From sequence record SRR31156797_2069: a DNA stretch of 53,708 nt; one strand, 5' to 3'. Shown here piece after piece: positions 20,095 through 28,444 of the stretch. The translations under genes were made by a program, and so were the position numbers. The notes beneath the pieces are model-generated. The model saw only the letters and a list, made by a program, of their open reading frames with translations. It was not told the DNA's origin and did not search any database. The stretch's first letter is position 1; each line of letters begins with the position of its first letter.

Positions 20095-21240
20095 TCACTT
20101 CGCCTCCAAACTCACCTGCATCACCCCACCATCGGTTTTGTAGTCAATTTCGCTGCCGCTTCCCGTGTATCCGAAAATTTTAAAATAATATGTCGTGTTG
20201 GGCGTAAGCCCTCCAAAAATGCATGTTTCAACACCGTAAGCAATATTCCGGTTGGAGAAATTATCGCTTACGGCGGTGCCATCAACCGGGGTGGTTATGC
20301 TGTTAAAGCCCACATCACTCATACGTACCAGGTAACCATCGGGTAGGGTTGTGCCGGTGGCATCGGTCCAATTAAGCGTGATGGTATGTGCTGAGAAATC
20401 TGTTGCGTGGTTACCGGGTTCAGGTGCTAAAATTGAACCTACACCCCAGATATCATACACATATTCCGGATGGTCGATAAATGGGTTGCGGTTGCCCTGA
20501 ATGGCATACACGGCATCGTTCCGCTCGGTTTCCTTTTCGGAGACGGGATCATCCACATGCCACTGTCCCAGCATGTCAAGGAACCAATTTTCAAAAACCG
20601 GATAATCCGTGCCATCCAGCACTGCATCTCCATAAGTATTGTTGTTTTCCCAGCCACTTATCACATCTTCATAGCGGGTAGCCATATAAAAATAGGTGCG
20701 TGCAAAATCGCCTTTGTATTCGTCGATGGGTTCAAACACGGTCCCGCTGTAACCACTCACACTGCAAGGCCCCAGTTTGCTGCCATTGCCTGTGGTTTGG
20801 GTGGGGGAGGACGTTTCGCCAAAAGTATAGCTGCCCCTGATGTTGTTCACCTTGCCATCTGTAGGGTAGATCTGGAACAGGTCGGAATACATGGGGGAGG
20901 CATCATTGAACCAGCTTGACGGGAAGGAGTGTTCGCGGTTGTAGCAGTCACATTCCAATGAATAGGTTCCACACTGGTCATTGCCGAAAGCAAATGTGCA
21001 GTTTGAGTACATATCCCAAACTTCTCCCTGGGCATTGTCATCGGTAGTTTGAAATGCCGTCCACAGGTAATCATAGGATTTTACGGTATGATCGTCAATG
21101 ATGTTGTGAAGTGCTGTTTTGAGTGATTCGCCGGAGAGTCCGTTGGCGTCGTCGTAATAGCCTGCCGGCTGGGCCTCAGATAAATAATGCCCTAATATCA
21201 AAGTGATAAAGAGAAAAACTCTTTGGGAAATGAAGCGCAT
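20095..21240 (-). CDS. Endonuclease I family nuclease with C-terminal FN3-like module
   Basis: Signal peptide (SEA|QPAGYY); YNREHSFP, KGDFARTYFYMATRY, DPVSEKETERN, QGNRNPFIDHPE; TAGATTTG -7 box at 21263-21270. Confidence 0.92.
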   Translation of the reverse strand: MRFISQRVFLFITLILGHYLSEAQPAGYYDDANGLSGESLKTALHNIIDDHTVKSYDYLWTAFQTTDDNAQGEVWDMYSNCTFAFGNDQCGTYSLECDCYNREHSFPSSWFNDASPMYSDLFQIYPTDGKVNNIRGSYTFGETSSPTQTTGNGSKLGPCSVSGYSGTVFEPIDEYKGDFARTYFYMATRYEDVISGWENNNTYGDAVLDGTDYPVFENWFLDMLGQWHVDDPVSEKETERNDAVYAIQGNRNPFIDHPEYVYDIWGVGSILAPEPGNHATDFSAHTITLNWTDATGTTLPDGYLVRMSDVGFNSITTPVDGTAVSDNFSNRNIAYGVETCIFGGLTPNTTYYFKIFGYTGSGSEIDYKTDGGVMQVSLEAK

Positions 21241-21375
21241 GTACTCTTATTTTGCTGGAGCGCAAATCTATTAAAAATGGTATGAATTTGAAAGTCCGGA
21301 TATTAAGATTTTGTTAACTACATCAAATGAAAATTTCACCATTTACAGAGTATCCTGAAATTCAATGCGATGACA

Positions 21376-22476
21376 TTACTGAGCTTCGAGGCTTATCTGC
21401 ATTACGCCGCCTTCTGTTTTGTAATCAATGGCTGAGCCTGCTCCTGAATATCCAAAAATTTTGAAATAATACGTCGTTCCGGGAATCAGATTACCAAAAA
21501 CGCACTGCTCCAAACCGTAGCTTACATTTTTGTTGTTCCAATCATTATCAACAGGTGTACCATCAACAGGAGACTGGATTGATTCGAATCCGATATCACT
21601 CATCCGTAATAGGTATGCCGCTGGTACAACATCTCCGGTAGCATCAGTCCATTGAAGGGTAATGGTATTTGCCGAAAAATCGCTGGCATGATTGCCGGGT
21701 TCCGGACCAATCTCATCGCTCCAAATGCTCACAGCAAATTCAGGATGGTCGATGAAAGGATTTCGGTTGGATTGATAATTATTGTAAATTAGGTTATTAC
21801 GCACAATTTCAGCATCATCAACGGGGTCGTCTTCATGCCACTCAAGCAGGGTTGAAAGGATGCCCAACTCACCGTAGCCATTGCTGGATGATTCCGTGAT
21901 GTAATCTGCAACCTCCAGGTCCGGTTCACCGGCTTCATCACCTTCCCACCTGATGCACATGTAGAATACCGCACGGGCCACATCTCCTTTAACGGCGTCG
22001 CGCACCTGCCATGAATCCGAGTCGCTGTAGCAGCCGGAAGCTTCATCGTGAGGCGTTCCGCCATCGTCAAAATCTTTGTTGCCGCGGCTGGTATTGATGC
22101 TTACGTCGCATGGGCGTAAGGCATGCAGGTCAGTTCCGGGTCCCATGCTTGTGCCAAAATCTCCGTGTGATTGCGGCCAGAGGTGTTCGCGGTTCCAACC
22201 ATCACTACCTGTGTCGAAATCGGTTTTGAGGATCGATACCCCTTTATAAATGAGTTTGATGTAATCACTATCATCAGGATCTTCGTCCAGAATCTGCAGA
22301 AAAATTTTTGCATCATCATAACTTATTTCAGTGTGATCATCAATAATGTTGTGAAGCGTATTTTTTAAAGCTGTTCCGGTTAGCCCATCAGTTCCATCGT
22401 AGTATCCGGCAGGAATTTGCGCAGACACACTCCACCAAAGTACGCCAAGCGCAATGAGTAAAAAAGTCTTTTGCAT
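21376..22476 (-). CDS. Endonuclease I family nuclease (Bsn-like) with C-terminal FN3-like module
   Basis: ATG 22476, signal peptide (VSA|QIPAGYY); WNREHLWPQSHG, TDLHALRP, KGDVARAVFYM, QSNRNPFIDHPE. Confidence 0.92.
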   Translation of the reverse strand: MQKTFLLIALGVLWWSVSAQIPAGYYDGTDGLTGTALKNTLHNIIDDHTEISYDDAKIFLQILDEDPDDSDYIKLIYKGVSILKTDFDTGSDGWNREHLWPQSHGDFGTSMGPGTDLHALRPCDVSINTSRGNKDFDDGGTPHDEASGCYSDSDSWQVRDAVKGDVARAVFYMCIRWEGDEAGEPDLEVADYITESSSNGYGELGILSTLLEWHEDDPVDDAEIVRNNLIYNNYQSNRNPFIDHPEFAVSIWSDEIGPEPGNHASDFSANTITLQWTDATGDVVPAAYLLRMSDIGFESIQSPVDGTPVDNDWNNKNVSYGLEQCVFGNLIPGTTYYFKIFGYSGAGSAIDYKTEGGVMQISLEAQ

Positions 22477-22665
22477 GTAGGTTTTGTCCCTTGTTAGAAT
22501 TATCCGCGGTAAAAGTAGCATTGTTCAGGATACGAAAGGGGTAGGCTGGTATGAAGTATGAATTGGAATGGAGTTGAGGGGTTGATTTATAATGAACTAC
22601 ATTGATGAATTTATTGATTTTTTTATGGCAGGTATTTATGATTGGCATATTAATCCATGGGAATC

Positions 22666-23754
22666 TTATTTCCCGGTTTTCACGTCAGTCCCTTTTCCTG
22701 CTTTCTCTTTTTTTGAATAAACACGCCTCAGCCAGTTGGGAAGAACCAATGCTCCGATGATAATGTACGGGTAATAACTGAGCATACGCCAGGTGAGAGC
22801 CACTGCTGCTGCCAGTCCCAGTGGGATGAACTGGCCGAAGAAACTCGGGAAAATGATTTCGGCCACGCCGCTGCTTCCGGGTGTAGGGCTGATGAGCATG
22901 ATCACCCACATGATGAGTTGCCGGGCCCATATCAGCAGATGGTTGCCCACGGGGGTAATGGACAGGATGAGGAAATTAACCACCCAAAACCTGCCGCTCC
23001 ACGAAATGAAGGTGGACAGGTAGGCACGCACCCAGAAAACAAATGGTTTTCCGCGCATTTCACGTGACGTAGTAATAATGTCATCACCGGTTTGGGCAGC
23101 ATCGTGCCGCCATTTGCGGAGAAACTTCAGGCGAAAAATCTGCAGCAACACCCACTTGAATCCGCGTGGACGGATAAAAACCCCATAAATGATAATGGAG
23201 GTGAGTATGAGGATGAAAATATATCCGGCAATAAAGGCTGCCTGTACACCCAGTTTGGTGTCGAAGAAGAAGGGGATCTCATCGTTGGTAAACAGCTGGC
23301 TGGTGCCGGCGATGAGCAAAACCACAGGTACGGTAGTGATGTAAAAAAGTTCATCCAGGAAGGCGGTGATCATCACAATGGCTGTGGAACGCCCGGTGCT
23401 GATGCCTTCTTTACTTACGATATAAAGTGCGGCGGCAGAGCCTCCCACAATGCTGGGAGTTACGGCCGAAGCAAATTCCCAAAGCATGATCACATCGAAA
23501 GATTTACGCCATGAGAGTTTTTTGTCGGTGAGCAGGCGTATCCGATACATATAGGCCACATCGCGTGTAGCCATCATCATTACTGCTATAAAAATCCAGA
23601 CGGCTGAATAGAATGTCCAGTTGATGTTGTAATACGGCTCGGAATCGAAATCGCGGAATTCGAGAAAAAGAAACACACCCAATCCAAGAATCACTGGGAT
23701 GATAACCCGGTGAAATTTAAAAATGCGCAATACCCTGGAATGAGAATCGGTCAT
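22666..23754 (-). CDS. Lysylphosphatidylglycerol synthase TM-domain (flippase-like, UPF0104) protein
   Basis: FASAVTPSIVGG, PTPGSSGVAE and LTWRMLSYY motifs; multiple TM helices. Confidence 0.88.
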   Translation of the reverse strand: MTDSHSRVLRIFKFHRVIIPVILGLGVFLFLEFRDFDSEPYYNINWTFYSAVWIFIAVMMMATRDVAYMYRIRLLTDKKLSWRKSFDVIMLWEFASAVTPSIVGGSAAALYIVSKEGISTGRSTAIVMITAFLDELFYITTVPVVLLIAGTSQLFTNDEIPFFFDTKLGVQAAFIAGYIFILILTSIIIYGVFIRPRGFKWVLLQIFRLKFLRKWRHDAAQTGDDIITTSREMRGKPFVFWVRAYLSTFISWSGRFWVVNFLILSITPVGNHLLIWARQLIMWVIMLISPTPGSSGVAEIIFPSFFGQFIPLGLAAAVALTWRMLSYYPYIIIGALVLPNWLRRVYSKKEKAGKGTDVKTGK

Positions 23755-23897
23755 TAGTATCTTTTTTTCAGTGCACAAAAGTCCTATTTATTTTTTGAAT
23801 TCAACAACGGAATGTCTCTTGAGTTTCCATAAAAATTCCGAAAAAATGTAAACCTCACAAAATCAATGTTTAAGAATGGGTATTTAATTCCTGAATT

Positions 23898-23988
23898 GCC
23901 ATTATGGCGCACTATACCTAAATATTGCGCCATAATGGCGTGAATTATTATTCAAAAAGATTGAAATTTTGAATGGTACGGACTTTGA
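23898..23988 (+). promoter_or_regulatory. Putative sigma54-type promoter with upstream inverted-repeat binding sites for hsp20
   Basis: TGGTACG-N4-TTGA at 23974-23988; perfect 14-bp inverted repeat GCCATTATGGCGCA (23898-23911) / TGCGCCATAATGGC (23926-23939). Confidence 0.6.
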
Positions 23989-24056
23989 CTGGTTGGGTGA
24001 AAATTTTGAGTAAAAAAATAAACACAAATACAAACCATTAAGAAAGGAGTATCAAT

Positions 24057-24485
24057 ATGACAATGATGAAATTCAATCCGACTTCACCGCTTGCTGATCT
24101 GTTTGAAGATTTATTTGGCGACGAGAGAAAGGAAAAGATGGAACGCAAAAATTACGAATGTGCACCATCCACAAACATTCTGGAAACCAACGAAAACTTT
24201 AAGCTTCAAATGGCCATTCCGGGTGTAAACAAAAAAGATATCAAAATCGATCTTGAGAAGAACATCCTGAACATCAGTTCGGAGAAAAGTGCTGAAGAAA
24301 AAGAAAAGAATGATGTAAAATTCACCCGCCGTGAGTTTGTGTACGGAACTTTCTGCCGTTCATTCACACTACCCGAAACCATTGATGTTGAAAAAATTGC
24401 AGCTGATGTAAAAGATGGGATTCTGACAATAACACTGCCGAAGAAAGAAGAAACACGCGTTAGCAAAGAGATTAAGATTGCATAA
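24057..24485 (+). CDS. Hsp20/alpha-crystallin small heat-shock protein
   Basis: PSTNILE, RREFVYGTFCRSFTLP, DGILTITLPK. Confidence 0.95.
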   Translation: MTMMKFNPTSPLADLFEDLFGDERKEKMERKNYECAPSTNILETNENFKLQMAIPGVNKKDIKIDLEKNILNISSEKSAEEKEKNDVKFTRREFVYGTFCRSFTLPETIDVEKIAADVKDGILTITLPKKEETRVSKEIKIA

Positions 24486-24513
24486 TAATTGAAATGGGTA
24501 AAACCAAGCGTGA

Positions 24514-24545
24514 AGAGGCTGCTCCGAAAGGGGTGGCCTTTTTTT
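24514..24545 (+). terminator. Intrinsic terminator of hsp20
   Basis: GGCTGCTCC-GAAA-GGGGTGGCC followed by T7. Confidence 0.8.
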
Positions 24546-24557
24546 GGTAGTGATGAA

Positions 24558-24720
24558 TTGTGAGTTTTGAGTTGAGAGTTCAGTGCTGGGTACTGCTTGA
24601 AGGGTGCTGCCTTTTCCTGAATCAGGTTTGCGGAAAATTTTTTCCCGATTTAGAATTTTTGAGAAAGAAAAAAAGCAGCGAGTCCTTACTCAAAACTCAC
24701 AACTTTCAACTCCTAACTTC
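24558..24720. repeat. Inverted heptamer-repeat element
   Basis: TTGTGAGTTTTGAGT (24558-24572) is the exact reverse complement of ACTCAAAACTCACAA (24688-24702); both lie in 7-bp-period arrays. Confidence 0.8.
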
Positions 24721-25236
24721 TTACTGATTTTCATATTTCTCCACATCCTCATTAAAGAACTCCAGTTCTACGCCGGCTGTTTTAAACATCTCTTCCGATT
24801 CAGCCCCGGCGTGATATTTCTTTTCACAAACTACCCTGGTAATACCACAGTTGATGATCAGCATCGCGCAGGTGCGGCATGGTGTCATGCGGCAAAAGAG
24901 CGTTCCGTTTTCCAGTGAGATTCCCAAACGAGCTGCCTGGCAAATGGCATTTTGTTCGGCATGAACGGTGCGCACACAGTGCTGGGTAATTTTTCCATCT
25001 TCGTGGGTAACGCGCTTGAGCAGATGGCCAACATCATCGCAGTGAGGCAATCCCATGGGCGAACCCACATACCCGGTAACAAGCACATGCTTGTTGCGCA
25101 CGATAATACAACCGCTGCGGCCGCGGTCGCAGGTGGCACGTTTGGCAGCCGTGCCGGCCAGTTCCATAAAGTATTCATCCCAGGTCGGACGCACATGCTT
25201 AACCGGCTTTTCGTAAACGATCTTTTCCTTTTTCAT
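24721..25236 (-). CDS. dCMP deaminase (cytidine/deoxycytidylate deaminase family, ComEB-like)
   Basis: RPTWDEYFM, RATCDR, HAEQNAI and PCRTC zinc-binding motifs. Confidence 0.92.
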   Translation of the reverse strand: MKKEKIVYEKPVKHVRPTWDEYFMELAGTAAKRATCDRGRSGCIIVRNKHVLVTGYVGSPMGLPHCDDVGHLLKRVTHEDGKITQHCVRTVHAEQNAICQAARLGISLENGTLFCRMTPCRTCAMLIINCGITRVVCEKKYHAGAESEEMFKTAGVELEFFNEDVEKYENQ

Positions 25237-25364
25237 AGTTGCAGGTTCAAAATTTTTCCAAAATTAGAATTATTATCAATGCAGAATATGACCTATGCCT
25301 GTTTTGGTTCCCTTATATCATCGCAGAATTTGTAAATTTGATACCTCAAAAAATCGCACAAAAA

Positions 25365-27275
25365 ATGAAGAATCTCTACACTGTTCTGGCGCTGATTACA
25401 ATATTCATTACCCTCGCTGCAATCGCATTTAGCCAGGGCCGGCAAAACCGCCACAGACACCGGCATCATGCCGCATTACGGGCGACGGAGGGCGGCACCC
25501 TTCCCACCGGTTTCAACGATCTTTTTGCCGGATCGGGCGAATGTTTGATGTGTCACAACGAACAGGTAAACCAGCAGGGAGAATCTGTGAGCATCATCGC
25601 CGACTGGCGCTCTTCCATGATGGCCAACGCTGCCAAAGACCCGTTCTGGCAGGCCAAGGTCAGCCACGAGGGACTGGTGAATCCGGCACACAAAGAAGTG
25701 CTGGAGGATGTGTGTACCCGATGTCACGCCCCGACCGGACACCACAATGCCCATCATAACGGGCAGGCGCTTTATTCGGTGGATGAAATGCGCGAAGACC
25801 CGCTGGCACTGGACGGCGTTCAATGTAGCGTTTGCCACCAGGTAACGGTAGAATCGCTGGGTAGTTTTTCAGGGCAGGTGGAGATCGGGACCGACAAAAG
25901 GATATGGGGGCCTTACGAAGCTCCGTTTACCAATCCCATGATTTTTAATACCGGATACACCCCCGAACACGGCCCACACATAAGGGATGCAAGGCTTTGT
26001 GGTTCATGCCACACCCTCATCACCAACACGGTCGACCTGAACGGCGTTCCCACCGGGGGCGAATTTGTGGAACAGTCCATTTACCAGGAGTGGCGCAATT
26101 CGGAGCATGCTGTTGCCGGTCAGGTTTGCCAGGATTGCCATGTTCCCCGCATCAACGATGAGGTGGTGATCAGCGCCATGCCGCCGTGGCTCGACCCCAG
26201 GTCGCCTTTTGGCCTGCACCACATGGCCGGGGCAAATGTTTTTATGAGCCGCCTGCTCAGGGATTTTGGAGGTCAGATTGGCGTTACAGCTACCGAAGCA
26301 CAGTTAGACTCCACCATCGACAGGTCCACGCGCATGCTGCAACAACAAACCCTCGATATCACCCTTACCGAAGAAGGCCGGAGCACGGATACGCTCTTTG
26401 TTTCGATGCTGTTGCAAAACAAGGCCGGGCACAAGTTCCCCTCAGGATACCCGGCGCGGCGGGCATTTATCGAGTTGATTGCCATTGGCGAACCCGGCGA
26501 CACCCTCCTCCATACCGGGAAAACGGATGCCGATTACAACCTGATGGCTGAAAATGAAGACTATGAAAACCATTACACCATGATCAACCAGGATGAGCAG
26601 GTGCAGATTTATGAAATGGTGATGGGCAACGTGGAAGGCAACGTAACCACTGTGCTGGAAAGGGCCGCCATTCATTTAAAAGACAACCGGATACCACCAG
26701 AAGGGTTTACGACATCGCATGGAAGCTACGACACTACGCAGATTGTAGGCAACGCCTTTGCTGATGCCAACTTCAACAAAGAAAACGGCACGGAAGGATC
26801 GGGTTCCGATCGGATATTTTTCCACATTCCCACGGATGGCTTTGAAGCGGAAATCCATATCACCGCAAAAGTGTATTACCAGTCGGTGAACGATAAATGG
26901 CTGGAACACATGTTCAGCTACAGCTCCGATCAGATTGACGCTTTTAAATCGTTTTATGATAATGCCGACAAAACCCCGGTGCTGGTGGGCGCCACTGATC
27001 TGACCAGCCTTTCGGTGAACCTGGATGAGTTGAATACAGACAGAATGGTGGTGTTCCCGAATCCTGCTGGCGAAAAGGTGTACATTCATTTTAGTACTGG
27101 TGGAATCAAACAAATCTCCGTGTTCACCCCTGACGGCAAGCTGCTGGAACAACACAAGGTGGAAGCGGGCCGCGAAAGCATACAGCTCAACACCTCCGGC
27201 TGGCAGGGCATCCTCTTCCTGAAAACCGAATTTGCCGACAATACCGCCACGGTTACCAAACTGTTGGTGCATTGA
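25365..27275 (+). CDS. Pentaheme c-type cytochrome with T9SS C-terminal sorting domain
   Basis: ATG 25365 after a TAAATTTG box (25333-25340); Sec signal; CLMCH, CTRCH, CSVCH, CGSCH, CQDCH; GHKFPSG; CTD VVFPNPA...DGKLL...TKLLVH. Confidence 0.88.
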   Translation: MKNLYTVLALITIFITLAAIAFSQGRQNRHRHRHHAALRATEGGTLPTGFNDLFAGSGECLMCHNEQVNQQGESVSIIADWRSSMMANAAKDPFWQAKVSHEGLVNPAHKEVLEDVCTRCHAPTGHHNAHHNGQALYSVDEMREDPLALDGVQCSVCHQVTVESLGSFSGQVEIGTDKRIWGPYEAPFTNPMIFNTGYTPEHGPHIRDARLCGSCHTLITNTVDLNGVPTGGEFVEQSIYQEWRNSEHAVAGQVCQDCHVPRINDEVVISAMPPWLDPRSPFGLHHMAGANVFMSRLLRDFGGQIGVTATEAQLDSTIDRSTRMLQQQTLDITLTEEGRSTDTLFVSMLLQNKAGHKFPSGYPARRAFIELIAIGEPGDTLLHTGKTDADYNLMAENEDYENHYTMINQDEQVQIYEMVMGNVEGNVTTVLERAAIHLKDNRIPPEGFTTSHGSYDTTQIVGNAFADANFNKENGTEGSGSDRIFFHIPTDGFEAEIHITAKVYYQSVNDKWLEHMFSYSSDQIDAFKSFYDNADKTPVLVGATDLTSLSVNLDELNTDRMVVFPNPAGEKVYIHFSTGGIKQISVFTPDGKLLEQHKVEAGRESIQLNTSGWQGILFLKTEFADNTATVTKLLVH

Positions 27276-27286
27276 AATTCATTATA

Positions 27287-27385
27287 GCAACAACATTGGG
27301 TTACCCAGCCAAAATGGGCCAATAACCCAAATTGATAATAGAGAAATAACCCAATGTTTTGGGTTACGCATACGTTGTAGTGCAT
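27287..27385. repeat. attC-like/palindromic intergenic element
   Basis: Ends GCAACAAC ... GTTGTAGTGC; internal perfect 12-bp inverted repeat AACATTGGGTTA / TAACCCAATGTT; four TAACCCAA copies in mixed orientation. Confidence 0.5.
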
Positions 27386-27406
27386 GCGCCCAGAGATTCT
27401 GCAAAC

Positions 27407-27607
27407 ATGAGTACTAAAATTAAATATTGGAAAATCTTTAATTATCGTCTAAAAGAATTGACGGATAATGTTGACACTAAGCATGCAAATCCGAGTGGAG
27501 CTTCAAGAGCCATGTTTGTTCTTGTTCCTTTACTAATCTTTACTACATTGATTGAGTATTTATGGATTTTGATATTTGGAGGTGATACTGATAAATACCT
27601 TGATTAA
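27407..27607 (+). CDS. Short hypothetical membrane protein or gene remnant
   Basis: AT-rich 66-aa ORF from ATG 27407 with one hydrophobic segment. Confidence 0.35.
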   Translation: MSTKIKYWKIFNYRLKELTDNVDTKHANPSGASRAMFVLVPLLIFTTLIEYLWILIFGGDTDKYLD

Positions 27608-27650
27608 TATACTAAAAAGATATACTTTTGTGATACTAAAATAAGATATC

Positions 27651-27881
27651 ATGAAAACAGTGTCTTTAAAAATAGACGATTCGATTTTCGGCGAGACTGA
27701 AAAAATACTTGCTCGGATTAAGAAACCACGGAATCGGTATATAAACGAAGCGATTGAGTTTTATAATAAAGTTCAACGCAAACAGATTCTTGAGAAAAAG
27801 CTTAAAAAGGAATCTGGATTAGTTAAAGCGGATTCAATGTCTGTACTAAAAGATTTCGAGGAGATTGATTATGCCGATTAA
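27651..27881 (+). CDS. Antitoxin, ribbon-helix-helix-like
   Basis: MKTVSLKID...RNRYINEAI RHH pattern; overlaps the toxin gene; TACTTTTG box at 27623-27630 flanked by ATACTAAAA direct repeats. Confidence 0.75.
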   Translation: MKTVSLKIDDSIFGETEKILARIKKPRNRYINEAIEFYNKVQRKQILEKKLKKESGLVKADSMSVLKDFEEIDYAD

Positions 27882-28218
27882 GCAATTTGAAATTTGGATT
27901 GCGGATTTAAATCCACAGATTGGAGCCGAACCAGGAAAAAACAGACCTGTTTTAGCGATACAAACAAATCTGCTCAACAAAATTCCTCACCCTTCAACTA
28001 TTGTTTGTCCAATTACAACGAACGTAAAAAAGGATTCTGAGATATTAAGGGTACATCTTAAAAAAGGAACAGCTAAATTGCATCAAGCCTGTGATATAAT
28101 GATTGACCAAATTCGTGCGATTGATAATAAACGGTTGACAAAAAAACTGGGGGTTTTACCTGATGAACAAATTGATTTGGTGAAAGAAAATATTCAGATA
28201 GTACTAGACCTTGAATAA
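27871..28218 (+). CDS. Type II toxin, PemK/MazF family endoribonuclease
   Basis: EIWIADLNP..GAEPGKNRPVL, TIVCPITT, DQIRAIDNKRL. Confidence 0.92.
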   Translation: MPIKQFEIWIADLNPQIGAEPGKNRPVLAIQTNLLNKIPHPSTIVCPITTNVKKDSEILRVHLKKGTAKLHQACDIMIDQIRAIDNKRLTKKLGVLPDEQIDLVKENIQIVLDLE

Positions 28219-28225
28219 TGCACGA

Positions 28226-28362
28226 CACCACAACACGCGATATAGAACATTGCTGTTTAGGTGGTCATTCAAGCATTCTACCACGCATCAAGTTCGGTGT
28301 AACTGGACGGGAAAGTTGCCCGCAATCCCCAACGATTTCATACCGCCACCGATGCGGGTAAT
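28226..28362. repeat. Long Bacteroidota attC-like intergenic element (degenerate)
   Basis: Begins CACCACAAC just after the toxin stop; ends CAACGATTTCATACCGCCACC-GATGCGGGTAAT, with GAT where a GTT core is expected. Confidence 0.5.
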
Positions 28363-28444
28363 ATCAAATCAAAAATCCAGAATGGATGAAAAACATGATT
28401 TCCCTAACAGGAATTTAGCACTATAATTGCCAAAAATATTTCAT

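Noticed and set aside
19926-20183. 85-aa plus-strand ORF
   Set aside because: Its low-complexity sequence (LLQHSNIPLLQ, SALYSPRSAL) is just the translation of the repeat arrays, and it overlaps the nuclease antisense.
24604-24918. 104-aa plus-strand ORF
   Set aside because: TQNSQLSTPNF comes from the heptamer array and the rest is antisense to the deaminase.
26676-27272. 198-aa minus-strand ORF and similar long antisense ORFs (e.g. 5305..5865, 6325..6786, 23092..23514)
   Set aside because: They are shadows of well-supported genes on the opposite strand and have no motifs of their own.
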